Source: the human T2T-CHM13v2.0 reference genome, Homo sapiens. From it: DNA of 64,000 nt. The position numbers and the translations under genes are program-made. Below the pieces are notes generated by a model. That model searched no databases. It saw only the letters and a program-made list of their open reading frames with translations, and was not told the origin of the DNA. Where the stretch lies: assembly GCF_009914755.1 (NCBI RefSeq), contig NC_060934.1; one strand, written 5' to 3'. This document shows, piece by piece, positions 51,181 through 64,000 of the stretch. Within the stretch, counting starts at the first letter, position 1, and each line of letters opens with the position of its first letter.

Positions 51181-51519
51181 GCAGCTGGCTTCATTTGGAG
51201 AATTTGGTCAACACAAGATGAGATCACTGGAGATCATTCAGGGTCTGTGAACTGAGGCAGGGAACTAGTGTGTTAATTTTTTTTTTTTTAACACCTTCTA
51301 TATTTGGACAAAAGTGCATTGGGCATACTTTGGTCTCTTTGACTGTCAAATCTTCATTACATTTATTTTATTTAATTCCTCCAGAAAGTCCTGGTGATAT
51401 GTCGATTAACTTCCATCTAAAAGTAAAAACTTTGTGTGAAGAGGACTCCATTCACCAAAGAGGGCCTGACCTTCAGAGGTGAACTGTTACCAAGCGGCAC
51501 CCCAATCAAGTGGCTTGGC

Positions 51520-51535
51520 TGACCTTGGTTGACCT
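51520..51535 (-). promoter_or_regulatory. Perfect DR4 nuclear-receptor element (AGGTCA acca AGGTCA on minus strand)
   Basis: tgaccttggttgacct read directly; contains the CCAAGGTCA NR5A/ERR-type extended half-site. Confidence 0.5.
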
Positions 51536-54071
51536 CAGAGTGATGAGAAGGGTTCTCTCGTCCTCATTGTGCTGCAGCCCACAGGGGACATTGCTTTTGG
51601 CTTTTATCCAGAAGGAATGAACAGTAAATAAATGAGGAAGTATATTAGGCTGAACCGCTGACATTTGTATGCAGGATAGTAAATGTTTGTAGATGAAGAG
51701 CAGCAAAAGATTTTTTAATAAATGTTTTTGTGATGGATTTTATACTAAATCACTTCTTTACATTTCGACTAAAACTAACAGCTTAGATAATGGATCTGAT
51801 GTTCATACCATGCATATACTCTGGTTTGATAAATCTTCAGCTAAGAGGACCTCCATGAAGCTGGATTCCCTCCGGACCGGGAGAAGATGGTATGTGGAAT
51901 AAATTAACATGAGGGAAGTTCGGGGGGACCTGGGAAGGTCTGGACCCTGGCTGTACTCCGATTCGTGTCCTGCTCGGCTCCGTGCTGAGGCTCAATTGAC
52001 GGTCTCCTTGGGTTTTCAGTTTGGGGCCGGACTGTGTTAAATAAAACTAGTGGAAGAAATGACTTTATGATGGTTCTATTTTCTGCATATTTACTCAAGA
52101 AAGCAAGAGACAGCCTGGGAGGAAAATGAAGGGGCTAGTGAGCCAGCGTGTGGAGGGCCATTGTGAATGAAGTGTTCTCTCTTCTCCTCTTCCTGGTCAT
52201 CCCCGTCTTCTCGCCAAAGACACCAAATGGGGACAAGTATGCTGATCCCTTCGGCCCCTGGACGCAGTGTGGTGTTTGTGTCTGTTGCTGGCAAGCCCAG
52301 GCTGTGGGGTGGTTTCTTGCTTCCTTGTTCTGGCCTTTGTGGCCTGGGCTAGTCTCTCTAGCTGTGGACCCCGTGGGTTCTCCCCACCACACTCTGGGCA
52401 GTTTCCTCCCATCCTTTGCCCACTTCGCATCTTCCCCATGCAGAAAACTCTTCCTCTTCCTAAAAGATGCTCAAATACTGCTTCCTCCTGGAGCCTCCCT
52501 CTCCTCCTTGCTGCAGGCAGAGATGGGTGCTCTTGGCTTGTCTGGCCCTCATTTTCTGTCTTCTTGGACAACACCACCTGCAGTGTCAAGGAATTTCTTG
52601 CAGCAGAGTCTGTGTATCGCAAGACATCACCAAGAGTGCAGTGCCATATAATACAGATTCCTGAATCCAAATCTCTAGAGAGGAGCCCAGGAATCTGCAT
52701 ATCGAGCAAGTGTCTGTTATAATTTGGTGGTAAGCTCCTTGGGGGCAGGGGCTGTCAAGGTTACTTTCATCCTGGTGCCTAGCACCTATGAGGCACCCAG
52801 AGGGTGAGTGTGGAAAGAAAGAAGAAAGGAACAAACGAAGAAAGCAAGCTGTGAATCACAACGAAGCCCTCATCTCACATTTTACTGTGACTTTGCATGT
52901 GTCATGTAGTCTTCAGAATGATGAGTGGCCTCCATCCTGGTCCATTATGGTGTAATAGATTAAGCCATCCTTCAGAAAAAAATTAAGGACACTTGACAAT
53001 GATAATTGCTGTTAATATCACTCTGGACATAGGTTTACTGACTGATGAGTTTAGAAAATTTACTTCTAAAACAACATTAAGTAATGTGAAAAATAGCCAA
53101 TGGGAAGGTCAGAGAGGTGGGTGTGGCCTCACGCTCAGAGGCATGTGCGGGGAGAGAAATTGCATCTGTGAGGCCGGACAGGAGCTCCTCAGTAAGGCCA
53201 CCCCCTCCGGTCCAGGCCTGGGCTGTGCGTTCACTGTGGACTGCAGCCCGGGGCGGTGCACAAACGTGGTGGGGCCCAGTCCCCAGTGCACGGTGAGACA
53301 CCATACAGGCTGTGACAGCCTGCCAGTACCTTCTTGCTCTGATTTTCCTCTTCCCATTTTACATACTCACTTTCCCTGGTGAATAGTCCTTGGCAGGTTT
53401 CCCGAGATATCAAATTCCAGGAGAGAAAATACACAGGTCCTGTGTAAGGACTAAATAGAACTCTTAGTTTGAAATGACTTTTGTCAGGTGTCTGGGAAAC
53501 TGCTCCGCCTTCAACTACGAGTTAATCAGACATAGAGCAGCATGTCCAGAACTTGGGCAAGGGGCCCTCCTCTGCTCTCTGTCACCTCCCTGACTCACCT
53601 TGGGCAGGTTACAACCTTTCTTGGGGCTGCAGGTTTCTCATCTCTCTAATTAGGGCCTTGGATGAGCTGGGCCAGGTTCCTTCCAGGTCTAAGAGCATGT
53701 AATTCTATCTACCTGCCTTCAGTCCCAAGCCACCACCCTCTACAGATGGGATTCATAATTCTGGGCTGCACTTAAAATACTTAGCTGGGTTGTGTGGCTG
53801 TAAAATAACCTTTAGCTTGCCTTGCAACTTGTTTGGACTTTTATCTAATCATAGAAACAGTTGAGGTGAGTGCTTTAAAAAACGTTTACTATGTAGGAAA
53901 GCTTACACTGGAATGCTTTCTGTGCTTACGGGGCATGTTTGCAGGTCTGGGAGATGTTACACAGATGACCGGAGAAGCGTTTCCATATGGGGTCATGGAC
54001 AGGCAGCAGAGAGACGGGAGTGGCAATTGCTTTGTGGGCCAGGGTGATGTGTCATGAGGGGTTTGGCTCCA

Positions 54072-54225
54072 AGCTTTGGTTTTCTCATCTGTAACATGGG
54101 ATCACACCCTTTTTCTAGGATTGTGTGAGTAGCAAATGCAGCAATAGTTCTTGCATATATGTGCAGAGCACTTAAAGTGGAGCTGGGACATAGTGAGAGC
54201 TCTATGAATATCAGATGTTATTATC
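54072..54225 (+). mobile_element. MIR SINE 3' part
   Basis: ggttttctcatctgtaacatggga...ggattgtgtgag...agagcacttaaag...gggacatagtgagagctctatgaatat. Confidence 0.7.
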
Positions 54226-54387
54226 ACCATGAGCTACACTAATATTCTTCGCCTACTTCCCTCTTGTCACAAACATTTTCTTAGTATTGGGAGGAAAGTC
54301 ATTTCTGATTTCAAAGCCCTGGTGACCTGATTCTCCTGGGTAACTTTAGCATCAGGATACGGTGCTGATCCCCAAAGGCAAAAGCAG

Positions 54388-54779
54388 TGTATCAGTCCAT
54401 TTTCACACTGCTGATGAAGACATACCTGAGACTGGGCAATTTACAAAAGAAAGAGGTTTAATGGACTTACAGTTCCACGTGGCTGGGGAGGCCTCACAGT
54501 CATGGTAGAAGGCAAGGAGGAGCAAGTCATGTCTTACATGGATGGCAGCAGGCAAAGAGAGAGAGCTTGTGCAGGGAAACTCTCCCTTATAAAACTGTCA
54601 GATCTCATGAGGCTTATTCACTATGACGAGACAACATGGGAAAGACTTGCCCCCATGATTCAGTTATCTCCTACCATGTTTCTCCCACAACACATGGGAA
54701 TTTAAGATGAGATTTGGGTGAGGACACAGCCAGACCTTATCAGGCAGTTTTTGGGTGGGGACACAGCCAAACCATATCA
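54388..54779 (-). mobile_element. THE1B/C-type MaLR solo LTR with duplicated terminus
   Basis: tgtatcagtccattttcacactgctgatgaagacatacctgagactggg...gagatttgggtg.ggacacagcca.acc.tatca; flanks agcag/ggcag. Confidence 0.95.
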
Positions 54780-55393
54780 GGCAGAAAGAAGACAGCAGGG
54801 AGGGAGGCTCAGGAGCTTCTGACTCCTGGATATTTGGCTAGGGAATAGCTGGACTCAACCTTTGTTTGGCCCTGAGTCCACCATGGTTTCAACACAAGAA
54901 GTTTTGTGGCTCACAACAACCCAAGGTACCAAGAATGAAACAAACTCTCCTGTGGACTGGGGTGGTCCTGGGTATTACTGGCTTTCCCGGAGGCCCTGGC
55001 TGTGCTTGGGACGAGTTTCCACTGGGGCAACTGTGTCCTGTAAGGGAGTCTGTGTGTGTGTGCATCCACCCTGGCCCATCAGCACCTTGGGGACAGGGCC
55101 TGGGCTGGGACCTGCAAGTTCTCAGGAGCTCTGTTCGATGAGTGAAAGGGTGAGGGCTACACCTGCCGCTCTCCAGGAGACACTTGGTCTGGTGCAGCTC
55201 TTTCCGAGTGTGGGGCCTGGGAGGTCTTGCCCAGTGCCCCCAACATAGCTGCATCAGCCCCATCCTGAGTTTATGACTCCTGGGGAGGAGGGTGGGCTTA
55301 CTGTGGCCAAAGTGCTCCCCACTGTTTGTGCAGCCATTGTGTGACCCCCTGACCTTTGACTCTTGTTGCCTGTAGTGTTATCTGGCAGCAGTA

Positions 55394-55674
55394 TTTTTTA
55401 GGCAGCTCTATTGAGGTGCAATTAGCATACCATAAAATGTGCCTGTTTTAAGTACATGTCAATGATTTTTAGTAAATTCACAGAGTTGTGTATCTATCAC
55501 CATCATCTAAATTTAGGACCTTCTCATCAACCTGAAAAGATCCCTCATGCCTATTTGCAGCTCCTCTCCATTCCCATCCCAGCCCCAGGGAGCCACCCTC
55601 TACTTTCTTCCTCTATAGATTTGCCTTTCCTGGACATTTCATATCAGTGGAATCATGCAATATGTGGTCTTTTT
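55394..55674 (-). mobile_element. L1MB (L1MB7/8-like) 3' end
   Basis: cagctctattgaggtgcaatt...gatttttagtaaattcacagagttgtg...ctctatagatttgcctttcctggacatttcatatcagtggaatcatgcaatatgtggtcttt. Confidence 0.88.
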
Positions 55675-56009
55675 CAGCAGCATTATTGATTAATCTCCCT
55701 CCTGGTTCCTGGCAGGAAACAATTTGTATTTGTGTTTGGAAAGGACCCGGGGTCAGGCAGACACAGCTGCTCTTGCTGACATTGGCTGTGACCACACACT
55801 CGTCTGGATGGCTCCATCCAGCCCCTCCTGCTCACCTGCCACTCAGGGGCCACTGGTTCTTGCATCTTTTTCTCCATCCTTGATCTTGCTGCTGAGAACT
55901 GAACCCCTGTTTCTGTGTGGTGATGCATAGGTGTCTTCACTCCATGGATCTAGATCAGAACTCATCTGCCCTCGCCTCCTTCTACGTTAGTGAAGAGCAT
56001 TGTCTTCCT

Positions 56010-56496
56010 TGGAGGGCAGATTTTTAGGTGGCCCTGTGCTCCTTGGTGGCCCTCTGTGACTTGATTCTAAATAGTAGTGGGGACTGTGACTTGCTTCTAA
56101 ACAATAGAACACAGGGTAGGTGACGGGATGTATGCTATTATATGACTATGTGATGTAAGACTATAGTGCCAGTCTTGCTGGGTCTCTCCCTCCCTGCTGG
56201 CTCTGAGGAAGCAAGTAGGGACATCATATGGACAGGAACTCTGCCTCAGCCTGTTAAAGCTGAGGCTGGCCCCCAGGCAGCAGCCAGCAGAAAAGCCAAA
56301 GCTGTTTACAGCTGTGAGGAGCCAAATCCTGCCAACAACCACCAGCATGGGCACGTGAGTCCTTCCAGTGAAGCCCTGAGATGAGACCTCCATTCCAGTT
56401 GACACTTCATTTGCAGCCTGGTGAGACCCTAAGCAGTACACCCAGCTGGGCTATGCCTGGACTCCTAACCCACAGAAACTGTGGGATAATAAATGA
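56010..56496 (+). mobile_element. MLT1E/F-type MaLR LTR
   Basis: ggactgtgacttgcttctaa, ctgctggctctgaggaagcaag, aatcctgccaacaacc, gactcctaacccacagaaactgtgggataataaatg. Confidence 0.82.
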
Positions 56497-57095
56497 TTGC
56501 AGTGGGCTTCTGTTAGTATCCCTGCCCACAGTCTCTCCCAACCCACCTCCCACCTTGAGTGCCAGTGCCACCCTGATGCCCTGCACACCACTACCTGCAG
56601 GAAAGGACAAGGTCCTCACTGTGGCCTATAAGGATTTAACAGCCCAGTCCCAATATCCTCCTCCAGTTTTATCTCTGCTCCTCCTGACCACATCCCCATG
56701 CTCTGGCCACACTGAACCACTTGGTCATTCCAAGACGGTGTGGGCTTATCCCACCTCTGTGATTTGGCATCTGCTGTTCTCCCTGCCTGGAATGCCCTTC
56801 CATCTCTTCTCAGCCTGAAGAACTCTTATTCATTCTTCACAACCTCAGGTCCAATATCATCTCTTTTTGAAAGCTTCTGTGGACCCCTTAGACAGAAAGA
56901 ATTTGGACTTTACTTGGCACATTGCTCTTTCCTTGTGTCCACTGATGGTGACATTGTATTTTAGTCTGTCCTCCAGTGCCCCCACTGGAGTATGGACAGT
57001 GGTTTGGACGTGTTCTTCCAATGTGTCTTCTTTCCCTGGTTCCCCTACTTTAGTGCCAAGCACCTCTGATGTTCAATAAATATCTTTAGAATGAC
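56497..57095 (+). mobile_element. L2 LINE 3' region
   Basis: ctctggccacactgaacc, tgctgttctccctgcctggaatgccctt, ...gttcaataaatatctttagaatga. Confidence 0.75.
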
Positions 57096-57960
57096 TACTG
57101 GAGTGAATAACCGGCTGACCACTTCAATACATGAGCCAGAACCCCCAGGTGAACCGTGGACCATGGGCATCCTAACACCCCTTGGTTTGTAGGGAGTTGG
57201 GTGTGCAGGTTGGGTGGATGGGGGCCGCATGGGAGGTGAGTTTCAAATGTCGAGGTTCACTGTGGTCAGCTTTGCAGATCTGAAGGTCATGGTCCCTCTC
57301 CTACTGAGGCTGTTGCTCTCCCAAGTGCAGTGGCCATGAGACCTACAGCCCCTGCTGTTCTTTCTGCTTCAGTGCCCTCCTCCATCCACTGCTGGTGGCC
57401 CCAACACGTGGATGACAACTTGATAAAAGTCTCAAACTATATGGAAAGGGTCTGAGATACTGGCGAGCACTATCATCAAAATTGTGCCCACTCACCCGAT
57501 AGATCCCCTTCCCCTCCCCGTGTGTTTTCCTCCCCAGCACTCTGGTGTACATGCTTTCTTCATTAATTTGCTTGTTTTCAGTCTCCCCCAGTTAGACTGT
57601 AAGCCCCGTGAGGGCAGGCATCTCTCTGTTCCAGTGATTTCTGTATCCATGTGCCTGGAATGATGCGGAGGGTGCCCATCCCACCCCATAGCTCTCCCTA
57701 CACCCAGCTGCCTCCCTCCTTGACCTTTCTAAAATTCAAACCTATTATGTCGTCCCTTTGCTTAAATGATTTTATTGTCTTCCTATTCACTTTAGGATGA
57801 AGAAAAATAATCTTTACCTCTAAATATGTTTCATTTTATTAACTTACCCCACCCAGATTAAGGTAAAAAAAAACAAAAACTCCTCTTTTGTCAATTATAC
57901 TCTAACTCAAATTATCATTCTAGCCGTAACCTAAAGTTACGACTAGAGATAGATTTTTGA

Positions 57961-58273
<313 letters not shown>

Positions 58274-58454
58274 TAGAGCATTTTTATTTTAGAAAATAGT
58301 TTCAGTTTATTTTCATTGGTGATATAATGATTAATCCTTAAAGCCTTCTGGTAAGCTCCTTTCTGGTTATTATAATTTTAGGGGTGCAGAGCTAAGAGTG
58401 TGGGGGTAGGGAGTCTGAGAACCAGATGGTATCCAAGCAAACTGGGTTTTCTTA

Positions 58455-58710
58455 ATTGGGTGGGATGGGGGGCGGTGGCAGAGGTGGCCGTGTGTCTGGC
58501 TGTATTATCCTTCACATGACTGGGTGGGATGGGGGGTGGTGGCAGAGATGGCCGTGGGTCTGGCTGTATAATCCTTCATGTGATTGGGTGGGACAGGGGA
58601 AGGTGGCAGAGGGGGCCGTGGGTCTGGCTGTATAATCCTTCACGTGATTGGGTGGGACGGGGGAAGGTGGCAGAGGTGGCCGTGGGTCTGGCTGTATAAT
58701 CCTTCACATG
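58455..58710. repeat. Minisatellite, 64-bp unit x4
   Basis: attgggtgggacgggggaaggtggcagaggtggccgtgggtctggctgtataatccttcacgtg; units start 58455, 58519, 58583, 58647. Confidence 0.97.
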
Positions 58711-61532
58711 GGTCATGATCCTTTGCCAGCCCATTCCTGTGTAATGATGGATATGGGTGGGGGTGAATGACTTCTCAGTATAATTTCTATCCATTTCATT
58801 TCCTTTGCAGAGGGAAGAGAGAAGCCCCTCCCATTCGCTTCTACTGGGGCTTGTTAGGCCATCGCCTTGGGGGCCGGCTGATCAGCGGCAGCCAGCAGCC
58901 CGCGGCTTCGGCAGGCAGGAACAAGGACAGCCTGTGGCTACTGCAGCCCCACTGCCCGGCCATGCTTCATGATGGGGGAGAGTGCCTTGGGAGGAATATA
59001 CAGGCAAATCATGTTAGCATCACAGAGCCCACTTAATTCCGTATGGGTTGGTATTTGGGGAAGAAATCGAGGACGAATTGGTGTTGGACCCAAAGCTGGG
59101 CAGGGACCAGTGTGCATGGCAAGGTTTTAATGCCAGTAAGTTTTTCAGGGTGATTTTTTTTCTGTCCCTGAGTCAGTGGAATAGAATGGAAATGCCATGT
59201 CTAGCTACTTTAGGGAGCACAGTGTGAAGAAGACAGCCTCCTCTAAGCTAGCACTGCTTGTGTAATATGTGGTCCTTAGACATTAAAATGAAGCCCTTTG
59301 TCACCAACTGTAGAGCCCCCCAAAACACCCTCATTTGGTGTTTTTGTTCCATTTTAAACCATGAATGGCATCCGCTCCCTCCAGTACTGATGTGAGGTTT
59401 TTCTGTGTTGGATCAAAACCAAATGCTGTTTTATGTCAACGTAAGGAAGGAAACTAGCAAATGCATGAGGTCAATCTCCATGGCGCACTTCCACCCCAGG
59501 GGCTGTACGAGAGGAAAAAAATGTGCTTCATGTCCCAACCAAAAGCATTCTCTGTCTGAGGACTGTTGCCCAAGTGTGAAGTAGGAGACTCGTGCAATTC
59601 AAAGGCACCTATGTGATGCCCATGTGGAGCCCTTTTCTTAGCCAGGCACGACAGGTATGGAGCCGGCTCTGGGAAGTGGGATCTAGAATGACAACCCTTG
59701 GCACAGGGCTAAGGAGCTTTAGGAGTGATGAAATCTCATTGTACCACTGCAAACAGAAGCTGCATCCCTGCCTGGGAAGGATTAGGTCGCCTCCTAGGCA
59801 GGAGCAAACATTTGGTGGAAAGGACTAGGAGGTTGGCTGCTTGCTCTTCTCTTTCAGCAGTGACATCTCCACCCTGCCTGTCCCACCTCTCCAGAAAGGT
59901 AGGTCTGGGTACTAAAGCTCAAGTGGACTAGAGGCTCCCAAAGCTTCTCCCCATGCCATCTCCCCATTGGCTGCTGGGTTCAGTGGTGGCCGCCCCTTGG
60001 GTACCAGGGACTCCTGGTTCTACAATGAGAAGCTGCAGGTTACAGCTGTAAGTTTTGTCCTCATGTTAACCCCCTTATGCTGTCTCCTCCAATAATGCAT
60101 GTGGTTTGGTCTCTACAGGACTCCCAGAGGCCTATGGACTGGAGCTATTAACATCCTGCAGATGGGAGCCACTCTCTCACTGTGATCACCAAGGTACCCA
60201 GGGCCTCCGGAGGCCACAAAGAATGGATAATTGCAACCCACAGGTCTCCTTCAGATTTTCCCCAAGCCCTTCTGGTCAGCAAATGCTCTATGGCAAGTCT
60301 GGGGTTTGGTCTTTACTTCTGGTGCCAATTAATTTCATCTCCCTTTTCTCTTTGGTCCGTGGAATTACTCTGCACTCTTTGCAATGATGTTTAGTAATTT
60401 TCATCGACTGTGGAGCAGCCTGCTGGGACCCTGCCAGCTGATCTTAACAAGCCCACTTACTGCAGGATTCCCACTGCTTTCCTGGGCTAGGAATTCCTTA
60501 ACCAAAGGCAAGTTTCCAAGGAGATCCTTGAGAAGGTGCCTCATTATTAATATTTTGATGTCGAAAATGTTCATTCTGCAAGTTGCTTGCAAGGTGGGCC
60601 AGTGTGTTTTGGAAGAACAGGGTGGGCCTTGAGCAAACTGGGGGGCAGGGTGGGATTCGGACTCCACTCCCTCCACCTTTGTCCTTCTCTCTTCTTCTTG
60701 CTCACCCTCAGAACCCCTGGGCCCCCTTCCTGGCTGCAGCCCCTCATGTCTTCTCCATGTGTTGACACTGAAACCTGTCTTGTGCTAATTGCTGACTAGG
60801 CATGAATGCATGGCAATTGTTGGCTTGTTTCCTCTCCTGGATAACTTTTTCCTCCTTTTCATGTTAGATAGAGCCTTTATGTCTTAACAAGAGGAGGCCA
60901 CTCACATGAGGTTTTGGGTGCACCAGTTGGGTGGGTTCTGAACTTCTGGCCCCCTTCCAAGTCTCAAAGTCTGGTTGACCATGTGTGTTGTGCCAAGCTA
61001 TGCCTGGCCCTGGTACTGGCTCCAAGGAGGGGCATCAGGCTGTGTGGTGGAGACGGGCAGTGACCCCTCCAGCCCCCGCTGCTCCAGCTGCAGCTGCAGA
61101 GTGTACAAGGGGAGAGTCTCTGGATACCATGAGGCTCCATGGGTGTATTCAGAAAGACGAAGCACCCTGTGTGATGCACCTGCACCCAGGCTGATGGGGA
61201 CACCTGCGAGGACAGACTGGGGCATTAAATAGATGGAGGGAGCTTTGCTTTAGAAAACACACACTAGGAAAGTGGAATTTGCCATCAGGCAGGCTAAGGG
61301 GTGGTCTGCTTACTACACTTGGAGTCTATTGCCCAAGAGCTGATGAAACAGTTCAGGAAAAAAACCAGTCAAATAAATGAAGAAGAATGATGCTTACAAA
61401 TGTAGTATGGGGTTTGATCTTGACAACGATTCGTTGATGTCTTCCCAGATTCCCCAGACATGGGGTCAGAACTACCAGGGGCAAAGACCATGCTTCTTTG
61501 GAGAGATTGAGTGGTATTCTCTAGGTCTGGAG

Positions 61533-61705
61533 CAGCCCTGTCCAGGGAATGCCATACTGGGAATGTTCTTCATCTGTGCTGTCCAAGATGGTAGCCGAGC
61601 ATGCAGTGTGGTTAGTGCAATGGAAGAACTGAATATTTGATTTCATTTACTTTTAATTAATTTAAATTTAAATCTGAATGCCCACATGTGGCTAGTGCTG
61701 TCTAG
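61533..61705 (+). mobile_element. MER3 hAT-Charlie element
   Basis: cagccctgtcca...ggaatgttcttcatctgtgctgtccaagatggtagcc...gaactgaat...ttaattaatttaaatttaaat...ccacatgtggctagtg. Confidence 0.8.
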
Positions 61706-61902
61706 GCCAGTGTGCAGAGGTGGTAGTTGGGGAGGAGCATTGGAGGGAAATGGAGACGTGACCCTGGAGAGGTGGTGGGAACAGATGGAGAGGACCTTGT
61801 AAGGTGTGTGAGCAATTCGAGGCTTGTCCCTGGAGATGACAGGAAGCCACTGAAGGGTCTAAGCAAATGAATGAATACTCAGATTGATAGTTTAAAAGAC
61901 TT

Positions 61903-62447
<545 letters not shown>

Positions 62448-63069
62448 TTAGGGGTTTGTGGCCAAGCTATTGATTGGTGACAGGGGCAGAGAGAGGCACA
62501 GAGAAAGACTGAAGATGCCTCCAATGCCTGAAGATGCCGCAAATGCCTGGCTTGCAGGTCTGGGGAGCATCCCTCAGAGAGACGGGGAGGCCATGGAGAG
62601 AAGCAGGTTGGACTACACTGAGTTTGGGTTTCACACCCCCTACCCCTGCCACCTTAAGTAAACCTAAGGATCCCACCCGCCTTGAGCAGACCCCATCCCC
62701 AGGTTCCATATCTCCACCTGGGGACAGGAGGGCAGGCTTCCCAGAACAGGGGGAGGCTGACCCTGGACAGAGGCCGTAACGGCTGGCAGAGGTGTTTCTT
62801 CCTGCCCAGAAGGAGTGCTCCTCTGCCCCTGGCATTAGAGAGGAGATACTGTGAGCAAAGTACATACGCTGTAAGCAAAGTGGTCGCTCTGCTCAGAGTG
62901 ATGCTGAGTGGTGCTTCTTGCAGAGGCCACACTGAGAAGCAGAAACAGTGCCAGCCACACTCGTGGCCCCTGAGAAAGGTGGTGTTAGCAGCACAGAGAG
63001 GAGATCAAGGAGCTCCTGGAGCATGTTCCAGAAAATGGTGTGGCAAGTTTCTAACTCATGAGGTTGCCA

Positions 63070-63374
63070 TTTTATTTATTCACTTATTTTGTTTTTTCAG
63101 ACAAGGTCTCGCTCGCCCAGGCTGGAGTGCAGTGGCGTGATCTTGGCTTAATGCAAACTCCGTCTCCCAGGTTCAAGAGAATCTCAGTCTCCACCTCCTG
63201 AGTAGGAAGGATTACAAACGTGCACCAACACACTCAGCTGTTTTTTGTATTTTTAGTAGAGACAAGGTTTTGCCGTTTTGGCCAGGCTGGTCTTGAACTC
63301 TTGACCTCAAGTCATCTGCCCGCTATGACCTCTCAAACTGCTAAGATTATAGGCGTGAACCACCGCTCTCAGCT
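63070..63374 (-). mobile_element. Old Alu (Sz/Jb-like) with TSD tgccattt
   Basis: cagacaaggtctcgctcgcccaggctggagtgcagtgg...ttgacctcaagtcatctgcccg...; TSD at about 63065 and 63374. Confidence 0.93.
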
Positions 63375-63519
63375 GCCATTTATTTTATATAGTTATTTTT
63401 TTAAAAAGTATTTTCCTGCTTAAAAAAATGCATGTCAGTTGAACTAAACCAGTTCTGTCTGAGTTTATCCTTATTTATCAATTCTGAGGAAATAGTCATG
63501 GGCTGGTAAGGATGTTCCT

Positions 63520-63865
63520 CATGGCATGGCTTATCTCAATACATGGCATTTATTCGGGCAAACACAATGCTACAACTCTTCACCCTTTAAATGCCATGAA
63601 AAGAAAATATTTAAGGGCTTGAAAGTTATTCAGATTATGTTTATAACTGAAAAAAGGCATGTAGAGTATAATTGTGTTTTTGTTTTAAAAAACAAAAAAA
63701 AGTAAACTCATGGAAAAAAATTAGAATAATATACCAAAAATTGTGGTTATTCTGGAAAGAAGAATTAGAATTATAGATGTCTTAGAATTGTCTTCTCTTT
63801 CTTCATTTTTATGTATTTCCTACCAAAAGTGTGTATTACTGTGAAATGAGAAAAAACAAAACAAA
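63520..63865 (+). mobile_element. L1ME-like LINE 3' fragment
   Basis: AT-rich gaataatataccaaaaattgtggttattctgg...aattatagatg...gtgtgtattactgtgaaatgagaaaaa. Confidence 0.5.
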
Positions 63866-64000
63866 ACATGTTTTTGTTTGTTGAAGGACAAGCCAGAAGG
63901 AGGCTGCGGTGGAGGCGGAGCGGTGGGGAGGGTTCTGCCCTGGAATTTGGCTGCATCTGGTGAAGCTCATTGTCTTCGAGGTGTTTTTTTTTTTTCATGT

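Noticed and set aside
58455-58710. 64-bp repeats as CRISPR repeat-spacer units
   Set aside because: The whole 64 bp is repeated; there is no unique spacer

Overview
Primate (most likely human) non-coding genomic DNA. The evidence is AluJ/AluS/AluY SINEs with target-site duplications, MIR/L2/L3 and L1 LINE remnants, MaLR LTRs (MLT1, THE1) and Tigger/MER DNA transposons. I find no supportable protein-coding exon, RNA gene, CRISPR array or prokaryote-type system. The ORF track is explained by repeats, low-complexity DNA and chance. The non-repeat signal looks regulatory. Two small orphan CpG islands (~18.5 kb and ~39.3-39.9 kb) each abut an AT-rich, homeodomain-motif-rich block, and the second carries a perfect TCF/LEF site with helper motifs and a CCAAT/TATA-like element. 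There are also several PBX-HOX/MEIS/CDX motif clusters, a perfect DR4 and a DR5 nuclear-receptor element, co-oriented CTCF-like motifs, a ~27 x 38-bp VNTR with higher-order structure and a 4 x 64-bp minisatellite that repeats a TAATCC + MiT/TFE E-box module. This resembles an intron or gene desert near a developmental regulator (inference); I cannot name the locus from sequence alone. Repeat subfamily calls come from remembered consensus sequences and need RepeatMasker/Dfam confirmation. Motif calls are hypotheses.
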